Below the pieces are notes generated by a model. The model made no database searches, had not been told where the DNA came from, and worked only from the letters and a program-made list of their open reading frames with translations. Both the position numbers and the translations under genes were made by a program. Below, piece after piece: positions 41,601 through 49,517 of a DNA stretch of 64,000 nucleotides. Numbering within the stretch: the stretch's first letter is position 1; each line of letters opens with the position of its first letter. The DNA is from Spirochaetota bacterium (lineage in GTDB: Bacteria; Spirochaetota; UBA4802; UBA5550), in the NCBI GenBank assembly GCA_963663865.1, contig OY760686.1, positions 736,001 to 800,000 on the forward strand. The letters are read 5' to 3'.

Positions 41601-41934
41601 TAATCTTAGCTTATCTGTTGGTGTGTCATTGGTTGTAAGTGGCATAGCTGGAATGCTCGCAGGAGCTGTCATCGGCGCAATGATTGGTTATGTAGGAAAT
41701 CAAATGATATGCTATTTTGATGAAGATTATAGAGATTCAAAATACTTTATGGGTACTGAAAAATATATTCTAATAGGTGCTCTTGCTGGTGGTGCAAGTG
41801 CTTTGGGAGGGAATGTTGTGGCGCAAATTGTGAAAGGATATTATTTTTCGGTAAAAGCCTTCTTTAGTGTTCTTGCTATTGGGTTTAGTAAGTTAAATCA
41901 ATTTGGACAATTCCTTGGAGGATTGGCTATATAA
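35602..41934 (+). CDS. Large Rhs/YD-repeat polymorphic toxin (SpvB/TcB-like N-terminus, FG-GAP repeats, YD repeats, Rhs core, hydrophobic C-terminal domain)
   Basis: GSFAYSIPIEVPPG..G..PSLSLTYNS...GVGW; seven DxNGDGxxD-type repeats; YDALGR repeats; GLYYYNARYYDPEIGRF and NPVNYADPSGH core end; AT-rich 3' tip. Confidence 0.93.
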   Translation: MNIIQALSSPFKPFQALSSPFKPFLIILMLSFFIICADNIYANHAVNPDGSFAYSIPIEVPPGTNGIAPSLSLTYNSNAGNGICGVGWQLSGLPYITRDSTYPVNYDGFDHYTGPAGRLVNIGGSVYHYEDENFCRVEAHGSYGDGPEYWVETKPDGTKYYYGYNSGECDFGSSYRSKISMVKGNGSITSNTRVWALSKVQDINGNYYSIKYTQSNGQFYPEEIIYTGNVVTDYDARRSVEFDYESRTDDIADYSSSSRVETYNRLKSITVKLDGDEVRKYTLYYSSTSSYGGLRSRIANVADSGLPAGENFYSFSWTNSPVSYNSYYGNLNYDTENIGNSYFGDYDGDGKLDYMIKNGASLKVFKFNGSGWVDIGQYSGVGYVYNMMVDVNGDNRSDQIMPTMDFSQADYNFHFYHTIRYAGSGTLENVTFGNDAYTASAVTVDARVRYVDVNGDGKCDIVYRDANNNHKFLYRTEPGQGNYPQSGGNWRLGTSVQFPSGSTDSGSDYPCFTYTDATGDGKADIVFIKYDPVSGTVKARVCVNKGSGWQESFTAYSFPSSYSTISDRYTVTDMNGDGLTDIVYRNDNNQHYIYSSTGTSFRQSAYTDILGTESDSAYYNYYDMNGDGWTDIVAMNSSGNFTIALAKSVIGKNWTTVSKSLGNGDKERYRFGDFNGDGRVDILYINKSSDQLVLGTSFCKAIEKISTATPPNQTLTSVVYELPTTMTDNIDDWVADSALYLSGGSGKFMPDNTPRSLVSSLTVHDGVSYYDADEYCLWYEPDISVCYEPDYRKISSTVYSYHNGLIKKGLPYERKSVGFERVASRMGDGTYARNDYIQTGLSFPGRMAYHYEFSSERQTISRKYYTYLEETPYSGVKWIKTDSELSHDYESGVAVSNILREYGYDEGDSGCYGNVTSIAMSVNGNDGLYTEISYSPNQSDWIINRVISVKKWENSSCANLISWSSFGYDNYGWGGNIKTKADYLKEGTSWRAIERNFGYDDYGNITSLSFPNGTGGNSSVITNTYDEDYHTFPVEEISSNDSGTELKTITTYDYATGNKTSVTDANGNTTVYEYDDYGRIVAEKAPGDDWTKQYLYSKEYFPAPYSVVESRFKDDSSLGYSWKREYYDGLKRVVKTESKGYNGHALVQEFSYDLLGRLESKTNQYLSGCDTPQKTEYEYDSAGRPQKAEAPDSTVKRTEYSYAGNLKVLREIDADGNASLSKYDAQGRLRYQVDPSGGTITYNYDALGRLISTVDAGGNVTSIAYDTLGRKTSITDPNTGTTSFTYYDSGDVKTQTNARGVTLTYTYDSLNRITSESSSDGTVRAEYVYDSGTTNNLKGRLYGVDDNSGSTVFSYDARGNVTHTLRSIDSDGDGVEDREFAASFAYDSQKRLVETAYPDANHLVVKRVYGEAGNLHAVTDESGNAFVQYRRSGSTATAMNGHSISRMTGNGVETVVDFNPANMRPVTLETKRGNDVLEQMSYTFRPGGNILSITDGCTSDGNDSESFTYDSVGRLAQAVSASSMYGTRDYVYDAQGNIQLHVVDNSVAFGYTYGSSAHPHAVSSTTALPYNMPVGSYSYDSTGNMTYRNGKTLVYDAKNRLIEVRNGANVVESYVYDFTGARIIKKLADGSAVFSINGMHDLKTTPGFPDQYVNYITGAEGDLAAQIEGVNTAAGASVYPVVKNMYNWKSPAGLMLTINAYASAWLNNPANYRRLGYALFVLLLAACSFVLFYSVRRYKAARSANPGYMLPWPWLRHSVPGILLFFVFTSFGLTGCFDGSVDNTTRSNVKYMHPNHVGSVAMVTDHEGTVVARYKYEPYGKVLVQSTGTGISDYKYTSQKSDATGLYYYNARYYDPEIGRFITADTEIPDVKNTQAFNRYMYVVGNPVNYADPSGHWGFGWLKNIASSAWNGIKTAGKVMYDYVIKPVYDNALAPVGHFFRAGWDGAMDTVFSGDWWEGIGKNIYNVLTDKNFYYTAALVALVVGCSCFAGLSIGLYIGFNLSLSVGVSLVVSGIAGMLAGAVIGAMIGYVGNQMICYFDEDYRDSKYFMGTEKYILIGALAGGASALGGNVVAQIVKGYYFSVKAFFSVLAIGFSKLNQFGQFLGGLAI
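35612..35664 (+). repeat. 10-bp tandem repeat (TTCAAGCCCT) x5.3 at the start of the rhs CDS
   Basis: Five perfect copies plus TTC, beginning 10 nt after the first base of the ATG. Confidence 0.95.
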
Positions 41935-41935
41935 C

Positions 41936-42649
41936 ATGAAGAAGTCTATGATGAAATTTGTACAAATAGTAATGTTAGTTGCTGTTTCCACTGAAGGATT
42001 TTGTTTTGAGACTTTATCAATGGATTGGCCAAAACGTATTCTGAACCGGCATCAGTATTTTCAAGTATATTATGACCATGGTGTAAGTATGAAGATTACT
42101 GTACCTAAAGGAAAGTCTATAAATGCTTTTAATGTCGAAAGTGGAGAGACTGAGACACTAATTCTAAAAGCTGATAGAGATTTCTTGGATTTTCAAAATA
42201 GAGGTTCTTCAATAGGAATTAAACATTTATTTGGTTATGGCTTGGCTGGCACAGCCTGGAGGGGAAGTGATTTTTTATCAATAGGGATTATTACGGATGC
42301 AAAATTTATATATACAAAAGCATCTAATATCACTCAAATAGGATTTGGTTTTAATACTCAACTTTTTTGGTTGTTCAACTTTTATATTGGTTTTGGTTAC
42401 GCCTATTTTACATCATCTATACCTGATGTCGTAGGATATGAAATTACTTCGGATGGTCAAGAACCATTTGCGGTAATAAGGGAGAGACGTATTTCTGGAA
42501 AATATATATTCACAGGATTGCAACTGAAAATACCTATAAATTTAAAATTTCATGCATTTATGAGTATTAATTTTGATTCATATTCAAATACGAAAACATC
42601 AAATCTTGAAAGGATGTCGGTGCAGTGTGGATTTGGTGTAAAACTGTAA
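41936..42649 (+). CDS. Putative cognate immunity protein (exported, AT-rich)
   Basis: ATG 1 nt after the rhs stop, upstream GGAGG, signal-peptide-like N-terminus, same low GC as the rhs tip. Confidence 0.7.
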   Translation: MKKSMMKFVQIVMLVAVSTEGFCFETLSMDWPKRILNRHQYFQVYYDHGVSMKITVPKGKSINAFNVESGETETLILKADRDFLDFQNRGSSIGIKHLFGYGLAGTAWRGSDFLSIGIITDAKFIYTKASNITQIGFGFNTQLFWLFNFYIGFGYAYFTSSIPDVVGYEITSDGQEPFAVIRERRISGKYIFTGLQLKIPINLKFHAFMSINFDSYSNTKTSNLERMSVQCGFGVKL

Positions 42650-42686
42650 TACCTTCTCCGCAATTTATGAATAAGACTTGAGAGAA

Positions 42687-42779
42687 ATGTCAGGCTGCTT
42701 TGACGGGTCGGTAGACAACACGACCAGAAACAATGTCAAGTACATGCACCCGAACCATGTCGGTTCAATTGCAATGGTG
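42687..42779 (+). pseudogene. Remnant of an orphan Rhs core cassette
   Basis: 42693-42779 matches rhs 40924-41010 at 77/87 nt (GCFDGSVDNTTRxNVKYMHPNHVGSxAMV), then breaks into the repeat cluster. Confidence 0.85.
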
Positions 42780-42780
42780 A

Positions 42781-43220
42781 GTGTAGTCTTTTTTCACGCT
42801 GAGAGCGTGGCCCCTTTTTTGTGCGGAGCGCACGGGCATTTCTTTCGCCGCTGCACTGCGCGACACGCTTTTTTGGCAGGGAGCCTGTCGTCCTTTTTCA
42901 CACTGGGAGTGTGAGACCTTTTTCTTCGTCACTTTCGTCCGGGCGAAAGGGGTCGACGGCTATTTCGACCTCCTGTCGGCCGTCGACACTTAAGCGTCCT
43001 GCTTTTCGGCCAATATCTTTTAGGCGCCGGAAAGGCTTGGCTTTTGCAATTACTCGACCATTGCAGCGCCGTTATCATCATCCTGATGAAACGGCACCCG
43101 GGAGATTTTCCTCCATGAAAATCTCACTTGTTGAGCTGTTGAGGAAGGGTGCGTCCAGTTTTTTAATTCCGCCATTAGTTTCCTGCACCCTGTAGAGCCG
43201 CCCAAATTGGGCGGCTCTAC
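42781..43220. repeat. Composite multi-hairpin repeat cluster 3 ending in a GTAG palindrome
   Basis: Hairpins at 42795 and 42899, core at 43064-43133, palindrome at 43192-43220. Confidence 0.9.
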
Positions 43221-45940
43221 CGCGTATTCCCAACCCGTCCCAGCATAAGCTCAATCTTGTATTTCTCAAGGAAATAGCGGGTTGTGCCGGAGTTCTGCTT
43301 CGTAACAGGACCGCTGAATCTAAGTCCTGTCAGTACGGCTGAGCTTCCTGCCGGGATTCCCCTCTGTGCAGAGGCGGGCCCTATCTGGTTAAGGGGGACA
43401 GGCCCGGTTGAGCCGAAGGCGCTCGAAATATCGTAAAGCGGCTCTTTGGTGCCAAAGCCTGCAACCTCAGCAGAGAGATAGCTCCCGCCCGCGAACTTGA
43501 GCAGGTGCTGTTCTCTCACGGAAGAAGTCTCGTTCGAAAAGGAAATATCCCCCTGCTTGCTTATTGACATTTTATGGAAGTCATATTCACGGGACGGGAC
43601 AGAGCCGGCGGAATCGGCATAAACCGAATCAATGGTGTTTTTGCAGAACTCGAACAGGCATGCGAGATATCTGTCCTTTTGATCAAGGGGCTTAATGAAG
43701 GTGAAGAGATTCCCGCAGTCATCAGTAAGATAGATGAACACGTATGACGATATTTCTTCATATACTACAGAGACACAGCCTGGTTTGTGCCTTGCCATAA
43801 TCTGGGAGAGTACATTAAGCCTTGTGTCGTTCGGAAAAAAGATGTTCTCCGGGTGTCGGAAAGGGCTGAGCGAAATCTCCGCGAGGGCCTTGAGCGGGTT
43901 GTCGAAAACAGAAAAGCGGAGTGCTCCGGCCCTTTTTGAAACGGAGATGTACTTGCCCTCAAGCTTAGCTGTAAAACGGGGCTGTTTGGTGGCGCCGGCT
44001 TCAACAGCGCAGCTGTATGCGTCCTTGTAAATCCTGATAATGTCCTTGTACAGCTTTTTGAAGGGTTCAGGAGTAACTATGGAACAGTAATCGTCAAAAG
44101 GCCTCTTCTGTACGAGCCCGTCGTTGAGTATTATCTTGAGAATATCCACAAGGGTTTCTGATGAAGAGTATCTTTTAATAAAAGACTGCCCCCAGCTTGT
44201 ACGGTAGATGTGGTATATGCAACGGATTGAATCGGCATTCTCAATATTAAAATTTATGATCACCATGTTCATTATATTGAACGCGGGATTCAGATAAAAG
44301 GCGTTGGTAATGGGGATGTCCTTCTCGTTGAAAAGTGAGGATATACTGTTCATAAGCTCAGTAATCAGGTTCTGGTTGATTCTGCTGTAACCTGACTGAA
44401 TCTGCATTCTCGTAAACACGGGGCTGTAAAGCTTGTTCATGGCGGCCCATGCCGCGAGTTTAACGAGGTCATTTTCCGTTTTCAGTGTTGTGGGAACGAA
44501 ACGGGCACCCTCACTTGTGTCGCGCTTATACAGCCTCCACTCCGAGTTGTCAACCGAACCTGTAGCGGGCTCAATGTATAGTATAGACTCGTTTGGGGTT
44601 TCCTTGAATGTAACATACTGGTCTATTTCGCCTTCATTCGCGGAGAAGTGGCTCTTTATCTTTCTGCTGATGAGCGTAAAGTCTGAAGATGATATTTTCT
44701 GTGAAAGATTGAGCGCTGGAAGTTCCATTGAAATCTTCTGATATGAAAGCAGCATGAAAGTCTTAACCTGGTTCCAGAAGGTGATAATCTTCCTGTAGTC
44801 CCAGTTGTCGAAGTTGTCGTTGTCCTTTATCATGCTTTCAGTCCAGCCCCACTGCTTCACGTAATCGAACATGATACCCACCCTGTAGGGCAGGTTTTTG
44901 CTGTCCTTGAGGCCCGAATATTTGGAAAGCTGAGGATTGATCTTGAAATACAGGTTCTGCCTTAGTATGTTGAGCAGCTGCTTGTCCTGAAGGCTTTTGT
45001 TGTAATAGTCGTAAACCTCTTCAAACAGAATGATGTATGAGTCAATGGTTCTGTCGTCGAATATACCCTTGTGTACCGCGGTTTTGAGCTTGTGGCAGAG
45101 AAGGTGGGTCATGCCTGAATCGAACAGATACTTTTCAAGAATGCCTATTTTCAGGATGGACTTGAACGGGTTTCCCAGCGCCTTGATGAGCTGAAAAAGA
45201 GCAGCACCCAGAAAATCCTCTTTTGTGATCGAATAGAGATTGCCGAGGTCAACGAATTTTGTTTCGCGAAGTTCCTGCGGGAGCTGCTCGAACAGTTTCA
45301 GATAGTCATCGTCATTAATCCTGGGCACAACCCACCAGAAGGGCGTTTTCCCGGCGATAATTACCGAGCTCCTGTAGAACTCATCCTTGAGAGTTGCTCC
45401 TATGGTGGAACCGAAAGCCTCATCGTCATCTTCAGCATAGATGTTTCGGTGGATGTTGTCTATGTCGTTTATGAACAGGTGGACCTCTATGTTTATCTCC
45501 TTCATGGCCCAGTTCTGAATCGCAGTAACCTTTGCCTCAAACGCTGCAAGTTCTTCTGGGCTGTAGTTCTTCCGGTCAATGCAGACCCAGTAGTCGAAGT
45601 CGGAATCGCGCGTGTAGGCAATTGTAGCAACGCTTCCAAGGAGGGCCAGCATCTGAACAATCGGTGCCGGATTCTCCAGATTGAGTCCCGGTCTGTGAAA
45701 ACGGGACTCAATGTATTTGACTGTGTCCTTGTCCGGGGTATAGCCGTATATCCCCAGGGGAGAGGGGCCTTCGACGTAACCTGGTATCTTCTTGTCATTT
45801 ACGCAGAGAAGAAAAGGTATGGAATTTACAATTCTTCTAATGTTGTTATTGGGGATAAGGCTCTGAAACTTTTCATACTTTGTTTTGTTGAATATGAGAA
45901 AGTTTTTGTGGTTCTTTTCGATTTTTTCAGTGAATGTCAT
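43217..45940 (-). CDS. cyaA: Class I adenylate cyclase-like protein
   Basis: LLGSVATIAYTRDSDFDYWV (GS..SDxD), KDEFYRSSVIIAGKTPFWW, ALFQLIKALGNPFKSILK parallel enterobacterial CyaA motifs. ATG 45940 preferred as start. Confidence 0.8.
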   Translation of the reverse strand: MTFTEKIEKNHKNFLIFNKTKYEKFQSLIPNNNIRRIVNSIPFLLCVNDKKIPGYVEGPSPLGIYGYTPDKDTVKYIESRFHRPGLNLENPAPIVQMLALLGSVATIAYTRDSDFDYWVCIDRKNYSPEELAAFEAKVTAIQNWAMKEINIEVHLFINDIDNIHRNIYAEDDDEAFGSTIGATLKDEFYRSSVIIAGKTPFWWVVPRINDDDYLKLFEQLPQELRETKFVDLGNLYSITKEDFLGAALFQLIKALGNPFKSILKIGILEKYLFDSGMTHLLCHKLKTAVHKGIFDDRTIDSYIILFEEVYDYYNKSLQDKQLLNILRQNLYFKINPQLSKYSGLKDSKNLPYRVGIMFDYVKQWGWTESMIKDNDNFDNWDYRKIITFWNQVKTFMLLSYQKISMELPALNLSQKISSSDFTLISRKIKSHFSANEGEIDQYVTFKETPNESILYIEPATGSVDNSEWRLYKRDTSEGARFVPTTLKTENDLVKLAAWAAMNKLYSPVFTRMQIQSGYSRINQNLITELMNSISSLFNEKDIPITNAFYLNPAFNIMNMVIINFNIENADSIRCIYHIYRTSWGQSFIKRYSSSETLVDILKIILNDGLVQKRPFDDYCSIVTPEPFKKLYKDIIRIYKDAYSCAVEAGATKQPRFTAKLEGKYISVSKRAGALRFSVFDNPLKALAEISLSPFRHPENIFFPNDTRLNVLSQIMARHKPGCVSVVYEEISSYVFIYLTDDCGNLFTFIKPLDQKDRYLACLFEFCKNTIDSVYADSAGSVPSREYDFHKMSISKQGDISFSNETSSVREQHLLKFAGGSYLSAEVAGFGTKEPLYDISSAFGSTGPVPLNQIGPASAQRGIPAGSSAVLTGLRFSGPVTKQNSGTTRYFLEKYKIELMLGRVGNTR

Positions 45941-46332
45941 TTTATCCGGACCATCGACACACGATTGTATTGACAACAAAAGCTTGGAATTGTTGATTGA
46001 AACAGGCTTCTGTGCTTCATATTAGCGGGAGTGCGTATCGAATCAAGCAAAAAAAACGCCTGAATGAAAACAGTATCCGGATACATATTCACTTCAGCAG
46101 CTCGCAATCTCAGGCGGTTAAACCAATATAGCTTACGGAAAAGCCGAATATCATGGTATTTTAACCGAATTTGCCCCAATGGCCGGGTTTCAATACGCGC
46201 TGCTATTTGTTATTTTGTAGCTGCCCGACGGGCGTTTTTCGGCCGCATCGGGAGTTTTATTTGCGTGATTTTAAGCGTTTTTTAAGATTGCAAATTTGAC
46301 CTGATTCTGATAGCTTTATTACGAGAGGACAA

Positions 46333-48777
46333 ATGGATATAGATGAAATTATGATCGAAGGGAAAGATCTTCAGTTTGACGCGGAGCTTTTGGAGAATGA
46401 GCTTGTCTCAATCGATCAGACGCTTCCCGGCAGGCTTTATATAATTCCGATACGATACCGTCCGATATTTCCGGGCATAGTCACACCGCTTATCATATCT
46501 CAGGGCAGGTTCACGGACGCCATTGACAGGGTAATTGACGAGTCCCGGACAGTTGGCCTTGTTCTCATTCGGGATGATGACAAGGACGAGGTCGGCACAT
46601 CTGACCTCTTCAGTTACGGTACGGCCGTAAAGGTGCTGAAAAAAGTCAACCTCCCGGACGGTGGTGCCAATGTGTTGATAAACAGCGTTAAAAGGTTCCG
46701 CATAACCGACGTTGTCGAAAAAAACAAGTATCTGCTCGCTGACATTGAGTATGTTGATGACAGGCCGGGAAGTGTAAAGGGCATCGAGATAAAGGCCCTC
46801 ACAAGGGAAATACTTTCAAAGCTTAAAAAACTCTCCGATAACAATCCGCTTTTTACCGAAGAGATGAAGCTGACAATGCTCAATGTGGATGAGCCGGGAA
46901 AGATAGCTGATTTTGTAACTTCAATACTCAACCTGGAAAAAGGCGAATATCAGGAAATCCTTGAAACACTGAATATTCGCAGGCGGCTTGAAAAGGTTCT
47001 CCGACTCCTGCAGAAGGAGATGGAGGTGCTTAATGTTCAGAAGAAGATTCAGGGACAGATAAATGAAAGGATTGACCGCCAGCAAAAGGATTTCTTTCTC
47101 AGGGAGCAGCTGAAAGCTATCAAACAGGAGCTGGGTATAGACGACGAGCAGGGCGGAGAAACAGCCATGCTTAAAAAGAAGGCGGAAGAGCTCGAGCTTA
47201 AAGGCGAGGTTAGCGCCAGGGTCTTAGATGAGATCGACAAGCTTGCCCTTATGGACACTTCGTCTTCCGAGTACACTGTAACCCGAAACTACCTCGACAC
47301 GGTTCTCGCTCTGCCGTGGAACATAAAGACAGAAGAGCGGCTTGATATTGAACTCGCTGAGAGAATTCTTAACCGCGAGCACTACGGCCTTGATGATGTA
47401 AAAAAGCGTATCCTGGAGTTTCTTGCCGTAAGGAAGCTCAGGCCTGACGCTGGAGGCTCAATAATATGCCTTGTCGGCCCTCCTGGTGTGGGCAAGACCT
47501 CGCTCGGAAAATCAATCGCGAAGGCCATGAACAGAAAGTTTTTCCGGCTTTCCCTGGGCGGAATGAGGGATGAAGCTGAAATCAAGGGGCACAGAAGGAC
47601 CTATATCGGAGCGATGCCGGGCAAGATTATTCAGGGCCTGAAAATTGCAAAATCCAGAAACCCTGTCTTCATGCTTGATGAGATTGACAAGCTTGGCCAG
47701 AGCTACCAGGGCGATCCGGCTTCGGCGCTATTAGAGGTTCTTGACGCTGAACAGAACTCCGAGTTCAGGGACTATTACGTTGATGTCCCGTTCGATCTTT
47801 CAGATGTGCTGTTTATCACAACGGCCAACACCCTCGATTCAATACCTGCCGTGCTTACGGACAGAATGGAGGTGATCAGGCTTTCGGGATATATCGCTGC
47901 CGAAAAACACCAGATCGGAAGAAAGTACCTGCTGCCGAAACAGCTTCGGGCGCACGGTCTTTACAAGAAAGACCTCTCGCTTGACAAAGACGGCTTCCTT
48001 TACATAATTAACGGATGGGCCCGCGAGGCCGGTGTGCGGACGCTCGAGAGGCAGATTGAGAAGCTTTGCCGAAAGACAGCCTCTATTGTCGCCAGGGGCG
48101 GGAAACCTCCGGCGGGTATCGTCAAGCCGGAAAAAATCCGGGAATACCTCGGGCCCGAACAGTACCTTGACGAGGAGACAGTGAAGACGGCAAGGCCGGG
48201 AGTCGCTGTCGGCCTTGCGTGGACATCGCTCGGCGGCGCGACAATTACTATTGAATCGCTTGTCGTTCCAGGCAGGAAGGATTCAGGTCTGAAAATCACC
48301 GGCCAGCTCGGCGGAGTCATGACCGAGTCAGTCAACATTGCCTACAGTCATATAAGACATCTGCTTGAAGGCGATGAGAAGGCTTCCGCTATTCTCAATG
48401 AGAACACGATCCACCTTCATGTTCCGGCGGGAGCCACCCCGAAGGATGGACCTTCAGCGGGCATAACGATGGCGGTGTCCATATACTCCCTTCTGACTGG
48501 AAGGCCGCTGAAAAGCTCAATTGCAATGACCGGAGAGCTCAGTCTTACCGGATCAGTTCTGCCGGTCGGCGGCGTAAAAGAGAAGGTTATTGCGGCGAGG
48601 CGGGCCGGCATTAAGGAGATAATTCTGCCGGCGGAAAACCGCCGCGACATGGAGGAGATTCCCGCCTATATTCAGAAGGGGCTTACCTTCCGCTTTGTAA
48701 GCGTTCTTGATGAGGTAATCGGGGCTGTTTTTAAGCCGCTGAAAAGGGGATCGGCCAAAAAGGCCGTGAAGCTATAG
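46333..48777 (+). CDS. lon: ATP-dependent Lon protease
   Basis: GPPGVGKT, DEAEIKGHRRTYIGAMPG, MLDEIDK, PKDGPSAG. Confidence 0.97.
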   Translation: MDIDEIMIEGKDLQFDAELLENELVSIDQTLPGRLYIIPIRYRPIFPGIVTPLIISQGRFTDAIDRVIDESRTVGLVLIRDDDKDEVGTSDLFSYGTAVKVLKKVNLPDGGANVLINSVKRFRITDVVEKNKYLLADIEYVDDRPGSVKGIEIKALTREILSKLKKLSDNNPLFTEEMKLTMLNVDEPGKIADFVTSILNLEKGEYQEILETLNIRRRLEKVLRLLQKEMEVLNVQKKIQGQINERIDRQQKDFFLREQLKAIKQELGIDDEQGGETAMLKKKAEELELKGEVSARVLDEIDKLALMDTSSSEYTVTRNYLDTVLALPWNIKTEERLDIELAERILNREHYGLDDVKKRILEFLAVRKLRPDAGGSIICLVGPPGVGKTSLGKSIAKAMNRKFFRLSLGGMRDEAEIKGHRRTYIGAMPGKIIQGLKIAKSRNPVFMLDEIDKLGQSYQGDPASALLEVLDAEQNSEFRDYYVDVPFDLSDVLFITTANTLDSIPAVLTDRMEVIRLSGYIAAEKHQIGRKYLLPKQLRAHGLYKKDLSLDKDGFLYIINGWAREAGVRTLERQIEKLCRKTASIVARGGKPPAGIVKPEKIREYLGPEQYLDEETVKTARPGVAVGLAWTSLGGATITIESLVVPGRKDSGLKITGQLGGVMTESVNIAYSHIRHLLEGDEKASAILNENTIHLHVPAGATPKDGPSAGITMAVSIYSLLTGRPLKSSIAMTGELSLTGSVLPVGGVKEKVIAARRAGIKEIILPAENRRDMEEIPAYIQKGLTFRFVSVLDEVIGAVFKPLKRGSAKKAVKL

Positions 48778-48809
48778 AAGCTGCTCATACCTGAACAGGA
48801 GGAACACAG

Positions 48810-49496
48810 ATGAGTGTCAGAAATCTTATGGAGGATGTTGTCGCGGGTGTGGCGGATGCTGTCCTCAGGAATCAGAAGGACCTGCAGAATACTGCCGTCA
48901 ACAGGGACGATATAGTCGCCTTTGTCCTCAACCGCATTCAGCCCCGTTATACGACAAGCGAGAGGGGCGTGCTGCACGGCACGCTGCAGGTGAAGTTTGA
49001 TCCTCAGCAGTATACAGATATTCTGTTCAGCGTCCATGAGGCGATAGCGGTAATCAAGCAGAGAAGGGCGAGCGAACTTGAGGAGAGCGGAGTTGAACGT
49101 TCAGCAGAGGATTTGGCCTATTCAGTATCGCATATCGTGGGCGAGGTCCTTGAAGAGACAACGCTTGCCATGGTCCCTGACGTTGAGGTCACGCTTCTTG
49201 CCGGAGGAGCAAAGGCCCGCATGATCGACAGCGGATGGAAGAACCCCTACACGACAAACAGGGCGACAAAGGGATATTATCACTTCTGGCCTGAGTACTC
49301 GGCGGTCAACATGGCAGGAAAAAAGAAGGCAGAGTTCACCCTCCTTTTCAGGCATCCGCTTTTCGAAGAGGCAAGGGCCGATATTTCAGTGAATATATAC
49401 GGCAGCCGGGACGTAAAAAAATCCCATACGGTTCCAATGGTTCTCATGAGAGCGGAGAAGGGAGTCGACCTTGGATTTTTGTTTTCTGAAAAGTGA
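48810..49496 (+). CDS. ComFB-family protein with C-terminal beta domain
   Basis: RNLMED...DIVAFVLNRIQPRYTTSERG. Confidence 0.8.
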   Translation: MSVRNLMEDVVAGVADAVLRNQKDLQNTAVNRDDIVAFVLNRIQPRYTTSERGVLHGTLQVKFDPQQYTDILFSVHEAIAVIKQRRASELEESGVERSAEDLAYSVSHIVGEVLEETTLAMVPDVEVTLLAGGAKARMIDSGWKNPYTTNRATKGYYHFWPEYSAVNMAGKKKAEFTLLFRHPLFEEARADISVNIYGSRDVKKSHTVPMVLMRAEKGVDLGFLFSEK

Positions 49497-49517
49497 GGGG
49501 AGGATGGAGCTCCATTC

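Noticed and set aside
40924-42779. rhs segment and its downstream copy as a DGR VR/TR pair
   Set aside because: Differences are not adenine-specific (C/T, G/C and others, mostly synonymous) and no reverse transcriptase is present.
32190-43220. Repeat clusters as a CRISPR array
   Set aside because: Units are long, modular and irregularly spaced, with no constant-length unique spacers and no cas genes.
32190-43220. Integron with attC sites
   Set aside because: No tyrosine integrase, no clear RYYYAAC...GTTRRRY boundaries, and the repeats are much longer than typical attC sites.
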